A DNA stretch of 29,945 bases, from the IMG/VR virus record IMGVR_UViG_3300017903_000771, positions 1-29,945 of that record; one strand, 5' to 3'. Below the pieces are notes generated by a model. It was not told where the DNA came from and did no database searches. It was given only the letters and a program-made list of their open reading frames with translations. The DNA comes from a virus (lineage: Duplodnaviria > Caudoviricetes). This document shows, piece after piece, positions 7,811 through 16,849 of the stretch (its first letter is position 1; each line of letters opens with the position of its first letter). Made by a program: the position numbers and the translations under genes.

Positions 7811-8553
7811 TGAGTAACTATTTTAAGAATTTTGGTATTGTCGCATATAATTTCGGTGACAATGAGAATCCAGTGTTGTTCAATAACCTAACAGCATATG
7901 TTGATATCATTGACCAAGTAAAAGAGAATGTTTCTTTTTATAACAAGTATACAATCCAAGCGGGCGATAGACCAGACACACTCTCATACAAACTCTATGG
8001 AACAACAGATTACTACTGGACATTCTATCTTCTCAATGACCATGTGCGTCTCTCTGGTTGGCCTATTCCTTCATATGATATTTTGAGTGTATCGAAAGAG
8101 AAGTATCCATACAGAACTGTAACAACCAACACAAGTCTGACAGGTATCTTTCCAAAGGGTCAAAGTGTTCGTGGTATCAGTAGTGATACTACAGGAACAG
8201 TTGTTACCAAGATTCCAGAACTGGGTCAGGTTGTTATCAATACAGGTGGAGATGCATTCCAAAGCAGTGAACTTATCAGTTACACCGATGCAGAAGGTAA
8301 CATTCAACAGTTGACCGCAATTGCAGAGAGTGAACAATACAATGCAGTTCACCACTACGAGGATGCGGATGGAGTGACTCAGGATGTGACTCTGTTTGAC
8401 TTTGGTAATCCAGGCGCATCACTGACTCCAATCACATATAGGAACAGACTTGAAAGAAGAAACGATGAATTGAAAGAAATCATCGTCTTGAAAGAAGATG
8501 TTATCGCAAGTGTTGCGGGCGAATTCTTCAAGTTCCATCAACAGGAATCGTAA
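7810..8553 (+). CDS. gp53: Baseplate wedge subunit gp53
   Basis: MSNYFKNF, LysM-like YTIQAGDRPDTLSYKLYGTTDYYWTFYLLN, and VHHYED. Confidence 0.88.
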   Translation: MSNYFKNFGIVAYNFGDNENPVLFNNLTAYVDIIDQVKENVSFYNKYTIQAGDRPDTLSYKLYGTTDYYWTFYLLNDHVRLSGWPIPSYDILSVSKEKYPYRTVTTNTSLTGIFPKGQSVRGISSDTTGTVVTKIPELGQVVINTGGDAFQSSELISYTDAEGNIQQLTAIAESEQYNAVHHYEDADGVTQDVTLFDFGNPGASLTPITYRNRLERRNDELKEIIVLKEDVIASVAGEFFKFHQQES

Positions 8554-9902
8554 TGGCATCGAACACATCTCAATCTCAACAGTATAAGATTACTGAAGCC
8601 GTTATATCTGCGGATAGATTTCTTTCGGCGGAATATGATGTTAGGACTTCTATTGTTGAATTGAATATTTTTGAAACTCTCGATAAACCATACATCACGG
8701 GTCAATTGGTAATCGTTGATGATAAAGGTCTATTTGACTTCATTAACTTTAATGGGACAGAACGTCTGAAGATTACTATCGCATCTGTTACCAATGACCT
8801 CGAACCTGTTATGGAACGTGGGTTTATTATGACTGGTGTAGAACAATCTCGAAAGGCAAACGAGAGTGGTCGCACAAGTGTTCTTACAATAACATTGATG
8901 GATGAACATGCATTCTACTCTCGTTCTAAAAGAGTGAGTAAATCATTCCGTGGTAAGATTGATGATATCATTGTCAAACTAATCGCAAGTGAAATGGAAA
9001 AGGACGTTGACCTGTCATATTCACAGGGGATTAGTCCAGTTCAACAAAACATCAAAGGTATCATTCCAAATCTGAATCCGATTGATGCAGCTATATGGTT
9101 GACTAAACGTGCAAGCACAATCAATGGTTGTCCGTATTTTATCTACGGTTCAATGCACGACAATAATGTTCGTTTCGGTAATCTCGAAGTTATGTTGAGA
9201 CAAGATGCATTCAATGAAAAGATTCCGTTCACATATAACCCTGCAAACCTTGCAACTGCTGAACAACAAGACGACTCCGTAAAATCTTTCATTGTTAAGA
9301 ATATGAAAACGGCCAAGATGTCAAACACACTCAAGTTGATTGAACAGGGGTTGGTTGGTTCTGAATATGCAAATACGAACTTGAATACAGGTCAAATCTT
9401 TCGTCAACATCACAGTGCAAAAAAGACTCTTGATAAATTAGAACAGTCACAAATCATCGGTGATAAACAGAATGTTTTTGATGAGGATATGACAATTGGT
9501 TCAAACAATCCTAGAAAACTTGACGAGATTAATTCAGTGAACTTCCACACAATCTCATCAACTGGCAGTTATGAGAGACATAAGAGTTATCATGACGAAC
9601 ATGATGAAACTCGTTTCAAGAAGAAGGTTGAAACTAACACTCTCAAAGGACTTCTATATAAGAATATGTTCAATGTTCTTGTGCCAGGCGTTGGTCTGAT
9701 TGTTGCGAAAGCTGGTGTTGGTGATATCGTAAATCTTAGAGTTGTGAATGACAATACTGAAATCGGTGAGGGTTCTACATCAGACACTATGTTGGACAAG
9801 AACAAGTCAGGTGATTTCTTGATTTATGAGACCCGTCATATCTTCTCAGGAACAACCCACGATGTATCGATGAATGTATGTAAACTGGAGAGAGATGCAT
9901 GA
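8553..9902 (+). CDS. Probable baseplate hub protein (gp27-like)
   Basis: 449 aa between gp53 and gp5. IVELNIFETLDKPYITGQLVIVD, NGTERLKITI and C-terminal SGDFLIYETRHIF resemble hub proteins. Confidence 0.6.
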   Translation: MASNTSQSQQYKITEAVISADRFLSAEYDVRTSIVELNIFETLDKPYITGQLVIVDDKGLFDFINFNGTERLKITIASVTNDLEPVMERGFIMTGVEQSRKANESGRTSVLTITLMDEHAFYSRSKRVSKSFRGKIDDIIVKLIASEMEKDVDLSYSQGISPVQQNIKGIIPNLNPIDAAIWLTKRASTINGCPYFIYGSMHDNNVRFGNLEVMLRQDAFNEKIPFTYNPANLATAEQQDDSVKSFIVKNMKTAKMSNTLKLIEQGLVGSEYANTNLNTGQIFRQHHSAKKTLDKLEQSQIIGDKQNVFDEDMTIGSNNPRKLDEINSVNFHTISSTGSYERHKSYHDEHDETRFKKKVETNTLKGLLYKNMFNVLVPGVGLIVAKAGVGDIVNLRVVNDNTEIGEGSTSDTMLDKNKSGDFLIYETRHIFSGTTHDVSMNVCKLERDA

Positions 9903-10759
9903 ACCCTATTCTTTCCGAATACTATGGTGACAATACCAGATGGTTTATTGCGACTGTTGTTGACAACATGGCCCCGCATGGTTATGAAGGTCGTTTCAAG
10001 ATTCGTATTCACGGTCTTCACTCAGAGTCAACCAAAGACATCTCACAACACGACCTTCCGTGGGCGCAGTGTGTATTGCCGACCACAGAGGGTGGTGTTT
10101 CAGGTATTGGTAGAATGCCTCAACTTGCACCAAATGCATTGGTGTTTGGATTCTTCATGGATGGTGTTCACTCACAGACTCCAATCATTCTTGGGTCGAT
10201 TCCGCATATTGAACTTCCAACACAGATTCAGGTAGGTCAACCAGAGAAAGGTCTATTGAACGAACATCCCGAAGACTTCTTTACAAAGATTATCGATAAA
10301 ACAACGCCTGATGATATTGGTATTGAAAACGAGAACACAGGAACTATCTCTGTTTCATTGAAGAATCAAAGACAGAAAGTATCGGTTCAGTTCTTTCTCA
10401 ATCTGGGATACTCAATCAAACAATCAATAGGTATTGTTTCTAGTCTAACGTTTGCATCTAATATGGAAACAGGTTTCTCGGCTGAACACCAAGGACTTGG
10501 AGACTGGCCTAGGAATAGAATCATTGACCTAAAATCATTCTCAAATGATTACACAACCTTCTTTACCCAACATGCGTTTATTGCATACGAGACGAGAGGA
10601 ACACAACATGCCGCGAATGTTAGACTATTGCAGTCTGATAGTATTGAGGGTGAGAACGGGACATGTAATATCTTCAGTAAATACTATCTGAAGAAGATAA
10701 ATGCAAGTTTTGTAAGTAACGCAGAAGATATCGCAAGAGACTTGGTGGACAGAATATGA
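9899..10759 (+). CDS. gp5 N-terminal OB-fold protein fused to a degenerate tail-lysozyme-like domain
   Basis: WFIATVVD...GRFKIRIHGLH...DLPWAQCVLPTT...LVFGFFMDG..SQTPIILGSI is the gp5 OB fold. The C-terminal ~120 aa resemble Phage_lysozyme2. Confidence 0.85.
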   Translation: MNPILSEYYGDNTRWFIATVVDNMAPHGYEGRFKIRIHGLHSESTKDISQHDLPWAQCVLPTTEGGVSGIGRMPQLAPNALVFGFFMDGVHSQTPIILGSIPHIELPTQIQVGQPEKGLLNEHPEDFFTKIIDKTTPDDIGIENENTGTISVSLKNQRQKVSVQFFLNLGYSIKQSIGIVSSLTFASNMETGFSAEHQGLGDWPRNRIIDLKSFSNDYTTFFTQHAFIAYETRGTQHAANVRLLQSDSIEGENGTCNIFSKYYLKKINASFVSNAEDIARDLVDRI

Positions 10760-12513
10760 CGTTAAGAAAAGGTGACCTAGATGTCAGACTTGCAGCCATC
10801 CGTAGACAAGAAGTCGAAGCGGATGCGGTAGGCACAACGACAGAAGAAGAAATCTATGCAAAGACTGTAACCAGAGTCGGTCAAAAAGATGATGAAACTC
10901 TAGGTGGTGTAAAGAGTCTTGGTAAAGAATCGATTACTCCAAACGAAGTTATTGATAATACATCTGTTGCACAAGTAACAGATGATGTGGGTATTCAGGG
11001 ATTCTTCTCTCCACCAAATGTAAAAGAAGCGATTGGTCTTCTAAGTAACAAAAAGAAGTCTGGTATTGTTGCGGTCAGTGCTGGTGGGCCTTCATCGGTA
11101 GTCAATGCACAAATCCTCGCAACCGCAAGGGCACAGAAAACCGCAAACGATATTTCCACATTCGCAAATGATGAGTCAAGTGACTCCTCTGTTGGTGGTA
11201 TGAATATTCCTACCAACATTCGGTTTGGAACAGATAGAAACAATACGGTCAAAAATATCAGTGGAGTATCTTCATTGAGTGGTCAACCAGAAGTTGATAA
11301 CGTTTCTAATGAAACTGGCGTATCTGGTCTATCTCCAAAACAAACCAAAGTTCTGAATGCACTTACTGCATTTGCGACAATTGATGCATTGTCTAAAACA
11401 AATCTATCTGACCTAACAGGTGTCGTGACAGACTTTACGAATGATGTTGAAGTAATCTTCGATAGAATCTCTACACCATTTGAGAATGGTATGGGTGGTT
11501 TTCTTCAGAATGTTGGGGAAAGTATCACTGGTGCTGGTAAAGCATTTCTAAGAAGCATTGTGTCTGGCGGCATTTCTTTGAACGAAGAAGAGTCAAGGAC
11601 AATCTTTGAACAGAATGAAACTGGTGACCCAACCGAAAAAACTAAGGCTGTCAAAACAATTGTTGGTAAGTCTGGTAATGTCACAGCTCAAATGAAAGGT
11701 GTTATCGCGAACACTAAAGCAGACTCACCAAAAGAGTTGTCTAACAAGGTAACAACGGCCGCACAAGAACAGGGTGTTCCAGCAAAAGATATTACAGATG
11801 CGATAAACGAAATCAATACGGTTGATAGTAAACTGTCGCAACTTGATACGACAATCGGTGGGTCGGTAGTTGTATCATCAAGTCTGTTTGCAGAACCAGA
11901 ACCACTGACATCTACACAGAACAAATGGAATGGCAAGACAACTCCCCAAGATGCATTCACCTTTGTTTCTTCGGTAGAAGAACTTGATGCAGACTTTGCG
12001 ACTATTCAGAGAGATGTGACCGAAGTTGTGATTCACGCCACAGAAACTTATTCTAATAAGAACATCGGTTCACCAGAGATTCATGATATTCACAATGAGT
12101 TGGGTCATGATGGTATTGGTTTCCACTATGTAATCCGTAGAGATGGGACACTACAACGTGGTAGACCAATCAACCAAAAGGGTGAACATGCATCCGTGAA
12201 TGGTCACGACGATTTCTCAATCGGTATTGTGATGGTTGGTGGTATCAAAGCTCCGGCGGGTCAAGAGAATCCTTTGACCTATCTGTCACCACACTCATTC
12301 AGTCGCGCACAGTTCACAACACTTGAGAAGTTCCTTGCATCTTACTATCGTAAGTTCCCAGGCGGTCAGGTGTTTGGTCACAACGACATTGACATCGATG
12401 AACTTGACCCATACTTTGATGTGCCTGATTATATCGATTCTGTATTCAGAAAAAGTAACAAAACAACTGACCCGTTAAATAAAGGGCCACTCAAACCTTC
12501 GGAAATAGTATGA
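10756..12513 (+). CDS. Virion protein with C-terminal N-acetylmuramoyl-L-alanine amidase-like (Amidase_2/T7 lysozyme fold) domain
   Basis: VVIHATET, GIGFHYVIRRDGTLQRGRP, GEHA, SIGIVMVGG and VFGHND....DPYFDV, after a ~400 aa N-terminal Ser/Thr/Ala-rich region. Confidence 0.82.
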   Translation: MTLRKGDLDVRLAAIRRQEVEADAVGTTTEEEIYAKTVTRVGQKDDETLGGVKSLGKESITPNEVIDNTSVAQVTDDVGIQGFFSPPNVKEAIGLLSNKKKSGIVAVSAGGPSSVVNAQILATARAQKTANDISTFANDESSDSSVGGMNIPTNIRFGTDRNNTVKNISGVSSLSGQPEVDNVSNETGVSGLSPKQTKVLNALTAFATIDALSKTNLSDLTGVVTDFTNDVEVIFDRISTPFENGMGGFLQNVGESITGAGKAFLRSIVSGGISLNEEESRTIFEQNETGDPTEKTKAVKTIVGKSGNVTAQMKGVIANTKADSPKELSNKVTTAAQEQGVPAKDITDAINEINTVDSKLSQLDTTIGGSVVVSSSLFAEPEPLTSTQNKWNGKTTPQDAFTFVSSVEELDADFATIQRDVTEVVIHATETYSNKNIGSPEIHDIHNELGHDGIGFHYVIRRDGTLQRGRPINQKGEHASVNGHDDFSIGIVMVGGIKAPAGQENPLTYLSPHSFSRAQFTTLEKFLASYYRKFPGGQVFGHNDIDIDELDPYFDVPDYIDSVFRKSNKTTDPLNKGPLKPSEIV

Positions 12514-13961
12514 CTACGAAAAAAGATAACTTTAATGAACGTGTAGGAAGACTTGGTTCTGGTCAGGAAGAGAGTCGGGGTGTTCCTAACAATGGTATGC
12601 AAGACCCAACAGGTGCAATGCCAAAGAGAGAGTATCACTACGATGTCTCAATCAACAAAGCTGCACGAGGAACAAAGGTAAACACACTCTACACAGGTGG
12701 GGGTGACTTTGGTGTTCCACTGAATATTGCACCACAGAGACCATCCGAATATCCTTGTAACCAAGTTCAGGAAACAATGGGTGGTCATGTCATCGAACTT
12801 GATGATACGCCAGGCGGTGAACGTGTTCTTATTCGTCATCGCAAGGGTGCGGGTGTTGAGATGCGAGCTGATGGTTCGGTTGTTATCTCTGCATTGAACA
12901 ACAAGGTTGAGGTTACAGGTGGTGACCAAACTGTTATCATCGAGGGTAACGGTAATCTTGTATATAATGGTAATCTGAATCTCAAGGTGTCAGGTGACTA
13001 TAATGTGGATGTGGGTGGTAACTATAATGTCAACGTTGCGGGTAACCACGTTGAGAACATCGAACAGAATCACAGAACGATTGTAACAGAGAACTCTCAG
13101 TATACGACCAAAGGTTCTAAGACAACTAAAACAATCGGAACACACACCGATATCATGTTGTCAGATAACAACCAGATTGTCAAGGGTAATCAACAAAATA
13201 CTGTTGAGGGTAACATCGAAGTTCAATCCGAAGCGAACATCTTTACATCTGGTAAAGAGTCATTTGCGGTTACATCTAAAGTATCAAACATCACTGGTAT
13301 CAACAATATCTCCGTTTGGGGTCAGAAGGGTGTTATCGGTGGTGAGAATGTAGAGGTGACCGCAAAAGCATATATGGGTTATAAAGGTGCAACCGAAGCT
13401 GCATCGGGTGCAATCTTCTATGGAACATTCAAGGGTGTTGCGACTGAAGCGATTCGTTCTGTCAATGCTGATGTCGCAAAGTTTGCAGAAGAAGCTGACC
13501 TCGCAAACTCACAATCTTATGGAGAGGCTGCAACATCGGGAAGTCTCGATGGTTCTACTGCAACAGAGACATCACTGACCCAAGAATCAATCTCCAGTTC
13601 ACTTGACGCAATCACCGCAGACACAGTTGTGAACCATGGAACGAGTGGTGACTATGCAGTTCGCACAGTTGTGGTCGATGCAGAAGACCAGTTGAAACTC
13701 AAGATTCTTTTGACCGATAACTATAAGGATGTATTCGCAAAGACTCCTACGACCCAAGAGATTCGTTCCGCATTTAGAAACAGTGCAAACATAAACTCTA
13801 TTGGTGGTGTCCTTGTATCAGAAGGTAGACTGAATCCAAGATATAAGAGTAAAGTCCCACCGAAGATTGGTAGAACTTCTAAGAAGACACCTTCATCCAG
13901 ATTCGGTTTCGAACCACTTGGTAATGCACTTGAGAACAGAGGTAAGAGATTTACACCATGA
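12510..13961 (+). CDS. gp5 C-terminal beta-helix spike protein
   Basis: YPCNQVQETMGGHVIELDDTPGGERVLIRHRKG followed by 8-residue V/IxG repeats (VTGGDQTVIIEGNGNLVYNGNLNLKVSGDYNVDVGGNYNVNVAGN). Confidence 0.85.
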   Translation: MTTKKDNFNERVGRLGSGQEESRGVPNNGMQDPTGAMPKREYHYDVSINKAARGTKVNTLYTGGGDFGVPLNIAPQRPSEYPCNQVQETMGGHVIELDDTPGGERVLIRHRKGAGVEMRADGSVVISALNNKVEVTGGDQTVIIEGNGNLVYNGNLNLKVSGDYNVDVGGNYNVNVAGNHVENIEQNHRTIVTENSQYTTKGSKTTKTIGTHTDIMLSDNNQIVKGNQQNTVEGNIEVQSEANIFTSGKESFAVTSKVSNITGINNISVWGQKGVIGGENVEVTAKAYMGYKGATEAASGAIFYGTFKGVATEAIRSVNADVAKFAEEADLANSQSYGEAATSGSLDGSTATETSLTQESISSSLDAITADTVVNHGTSGDYAVRTVVVDAEDQLKLKILLTDNYKDVFAKTPTTQEIRSAFRNSANINSIGGVLVSEGRLNPRYKSKVPPKIGRTSKKTPSSRFGFEPLGNALENRGKRFTP

Positions 13962-14551
13962 TTATTCTAGTTGACCCAGTATACAATCCAGAGTTACAGT
14001 CAGAGATTACCTCTGCGACTAAACTCGCGCCAGGTATTACGATGGCAAAGTTCCTTGGTGCATATGGTGACCGAACACCGTTCAATCATGTTGCAACTGA
14101 ATCGGAACGTAAACAGATTGCACGAAACCTGTATATGCACGCCGAAGCCATGAGAACAATCATCGGTAACACCTCTCACTTCAATGACATTCGTTTGGTT
14201 GTATCAGAAGGCATCTATGACCTTCAGACTCCAGATGAGAGTAATGAAACGATGAAGAAGAAGTCAGATGGTCGTCTGGTTTACTATCAAGTCGTAGGTC
14301 AGAATGGTAAGATTGACTTTGAGAAGACCTTTGATGTTGCAGAATACTGGAAAGACTACATCAACTTTGGTGCAATCTATCTGGATTGTGACTCATATAA
14401 TCCTGACGCGAGTCTGACAGGACAGATTGGTCTGGAGTTTCCAACAGTGCCATCTACCTTTGATATCTCATTTTCAAAGAAAGTCGAAACGTATTTCAAC
14501 AATAATCTGATGAGTTCAAATGAACTTGTCGAAATCAGAGAAACTGACTAA
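13958..14551 (+). CDS. Hypothetical baseplate-region protein, possibly a degenerate peptidase M15A fold
   Basis: ATGA overlap with the upstream gene. Motif order resembles M15A, but the Zn ligands are absent. Confidence 0.55.
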   Translation: MIILVDPVYNPELQSEITSATKLAPGITMAKFLGAYGDRTPFNHVATESERKQIARNLYMHAEAMRTIIGNTSHFNDIRLVVSEGIYDLQTPDESNETMKKKSDGRLVYYQVVGQNGKIDFEKTFDVAEYWKDYINFGAIYLDCDSYNPDASLTGQIGLEFPTVPSTFDISFSKKVETYFNNNLMSSNELVEIRETD

Positions 14552-14558
14552 AAAGTCT

Positions 14559-14566
14559 TATAAATA
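14559..14566 (+). promoter_or_regulatory. T4-type late promoter upstream of gp25
   Basis: TATAAATA, 5 nt before ATG 14572. Confidence 0.85.
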
Positions 14567-14571
14567 GTATC

Positions 14572-15021
14572 ATGGCAACAAGAAGAGCATTTGCACAGGA
14601 AGATACCAATCTTAACACCGCATCGGTGACTACTAGTCGTGTGCGTGAGTATAAGGATATTGACCTGACTTTTGCGAAGAAACCAACCAGTGGTGAAATC
14701 TTTAAGAAGACTGATGCAGCTGCGGTTAAACAGGCAATCAAGACTTTAGTTTTGACTAATCTTCTTGAGAAACCTTTCAATCCTTTCTTCGGTGGGGATG
14801 TAAGGGGACAGTTATTTGAGTTGGCTGATAACAATAGTTCGGTTATTATTCGTGAGAATATTATCGACTCTATCGAAGCATTCGAACCAAGAGCAGAAGT
14901 TCTCGATTTACAAGTAACACTCCAACCAGACAACAATAGTCTGAATGTAACACTAAGATTCAAGGTTGTGAACACAGAGGAAGAAACAGAGTTCACGACA
15001 TCATTATCAAGGTTGAGATAA
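14572..15021 (+). CDS. gp25: Baseplate wedge subunit gp25
   Basis: YKDIDLTF, DAAAVKQAIKTLVLTNLLEKPFNPFFGG...LFE and IEAFEPRAEV. Confidence 0.93.
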   Translation: MATRRAFAQEDTNLNTASVTTSRVREYKDIDLTFAKKPTSGEIFKKTDAAAVKQAIKTLVLTNLLEKPFNPFFGGDVRGQLFELADNNSSVIIRENIIDSIEAFEPRAEVLDLQVTLQPDNNSLNVTLRFKVVNTEEETEFTTSLSRLR

Positions 15022-15022
15022 G

Positions 15023-16849
15023 ATGGCAACAACAATAAAATCCACAGCATTAGACTTTGATGCGATTAAGAATAATCTGAAAGAATATCTTGCTGCACAA
15101 GACGAGTTCGCAGATTATAACTTCGAAGCATCAGGTCTCTCGAATATTCTCGATGTTCTTGCACACAACTCACACTTTAATGGGTTGATTGCGAACTTCG
15201 CGTTGAATGAATCTTATCTTGGAACTGCACAACTTCGTAGTTCACTTGTTTCTCTCTCAGAAGGTATCGGTTACGTTCCAGACTCAAAGACATCATCCAA
15301 GGCTGTTGTCAAACTGTCAATGAATCTTAGTGGCGTTAGTGGTCGTCCAAACAAGATTCAGATTCCTTCGGGATATAAGTTCAACTCAACCGTTGACGAA
15401 ACTGACTATGTATTCCAGACACAAGAAGATATTACTGCGACTGATGATGGTCAGGGTGTATATAACTTCAAGACTGCAACAGGTTCAGACAAGATTGACA
15501 TCTTTGAGGGAACTGCAAGAGTTAAGACTTTCCTTGCAAGAATCGCATCAGAGAATGCTGTCTATGTTATTCCTGATGAGAATCTTGATATTGAGACTGC
15601 GGTTGTTCGTGTATTTGAAACACCTTCATCTTCTATATCTACGGTGTATACAGACCTTCAAAATGCAAACACAATCAACGCACAGTCAACATTGTTTATT
15701 CTGAAAGAAGCACCAAATGGTTACTTCGAACTCTCGTTTGGTAATGGTGTAACTCTGGGTCAAGCACCAAAAGAAGGCAGTAAAGTTACTATCGACTATC
15801 TGTCAGTGAATGGTGCGGCTGCCGATACTGCAAAGGTATTCGAACCACAGAGTCAAGTTACTGTATCAGGAACAGGGTATGATGTAACTGTCACCACACA
15901 AACCAATGCAATCGGTGGTGGCGACAAAGAAACCGAAGAGTCAATCAGAAAGAACGCACCATTCCAGTATGCATCTCAAAACAGAATGGTTACAGCTGTA
16001 GATTACTCCGCACTTGTTCTGAAGAACTTCTCAACTCTTATTAGTGATATTCAAGCATTTGGTGGCGAAGACGCGCTCGAACCAGAATACGGAACTGTAT
16101 TCCTTTCTATTCTTTTCAATGATGATGTCGGAACAGACACTATCGCAACAACCAAACAGTCAATCATCGACCTTGCAAAACAACTATCGGTTGCATCATT
16201 CTCAATCAAGTTTGATGACCCAGTTGAAACATTTATTGAAACAGACGTGTTCTTCCAGTTCAATCAGAACTTGACAACACTCTCAAGAAACACAATCGCA
16301 GATAATGTCAGTGATGTGATTGATACATACTTTACGAATAAAACTGGTAAGTTCGGACAATCATTCAGACGTTCTAATATGTTATCAGATATTGATGACA
16401 ACAATGTGGCGATTCTTTCGTCCCGTGCGAATATTCGTATGCAACGTAGATTTACTCCAACACTGACTGCGGTTCAGAATCATACTCTTAGATATGCAGC
16501 TGCGATTGCAGACCCAGATGATGAAAACTATATTGTTACATCAACATCTTTCCGTTTCAAAAACAAGAACTGTATCATTAGAAACAAACTAGGTTCTAAA
16601 AAACTGGAAGTATTTAACAACGATGACTCAGAGGTTCTTGTAGACAATGTTGGTGATTACAGTGATGATACAGTAAGAATTGTCGGTCTGCAAGTTGACA
16701 CTATCAACGGTTCGGATTCATTCTTGAAACTGTCTGCGACTCCTGCAAACCAAAGTGCGGTTACACCGTTCAGAAACGATGTTGTCAAACATGACGCTGC
16801 ACGTTCATTCTCTCGTATCGTAGATGTTGAGCCTGGAGTAACTAACTAA
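15023..16849 (+). CDS. gp6: Baseplate wedge subunit gp6
   Basis: LDFDAIKNNLKEYL..QDEFADYNFEASGLSNILDVLA, NESYLGTAQLRSS, FGNG, and ESIRKNAP..YASQNRMVTAVDY. Confidence 0.95.
   Translation: MATTIKSTALDFDAIKNNLKEYLAAQDEFADYNFEASGLSNILDVLAHNSHFNGLIANFALNESYLGTAQLRSSLVSLSEGIGYVPDSKTSSKAVVKLSMNLSGVSGRPNKIQIPSGYKFNSTVDETDYVFQTQEDITATDDGQGVYNFKTATGSDKIDIFEGTARVKTFLARIASENAVYVIPDENLDIETAVVRVFETPSSSISTVYTDLQNANTINAQSTLFILKEAPNGYFELSFGNGVTLGQAPKEGSKVTIDYLSVNGAAADTAKVFEPQSQVTVSGTGYDVTVTTQTNAIGGGDKETEESIRKNAPFQYASQNRMVTAVDYSALVLKNFSTLISDIQAFGGEDALEPEYGTVFLSILFNDDVGTDTIATTKQSIIDLAKQLSVASFSIKFDDPVETFIETDVFFQFNQNLTTLSRNTIADNVSDVIDTYFTNKTGKFGQSFRRSNMLSDIDDNNVAILSSRANIRMQRRFTPTLTAVQNHTLRYAAAIADPDDENYIVTSTSFRFKNKNCIIRNKLGSKKLEVFNNDDSEVLVDNVGDYSDDTVRIVGLQVDTINGSDSFLKLSATPANQSAVTPFRNDVVKHDAARSFSRIVDVEPGVTN

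Noticed and set aside
10756-12513. Endolysin/lysis cassette call
   Set aside because: The gene is embedded between the gp5 halves and coupled to them, has a long N-terminal stalk, and has no adjacent holin or spanin; a virion role is more likely.
14535-15050. 171-aa minus-strand ORF, and similar antisense ORFs at 17862-18320 and 25655-26023
   Set aside because: Each overlaps a well-supported structural gene on the opposite strand and is explained by codon bias.
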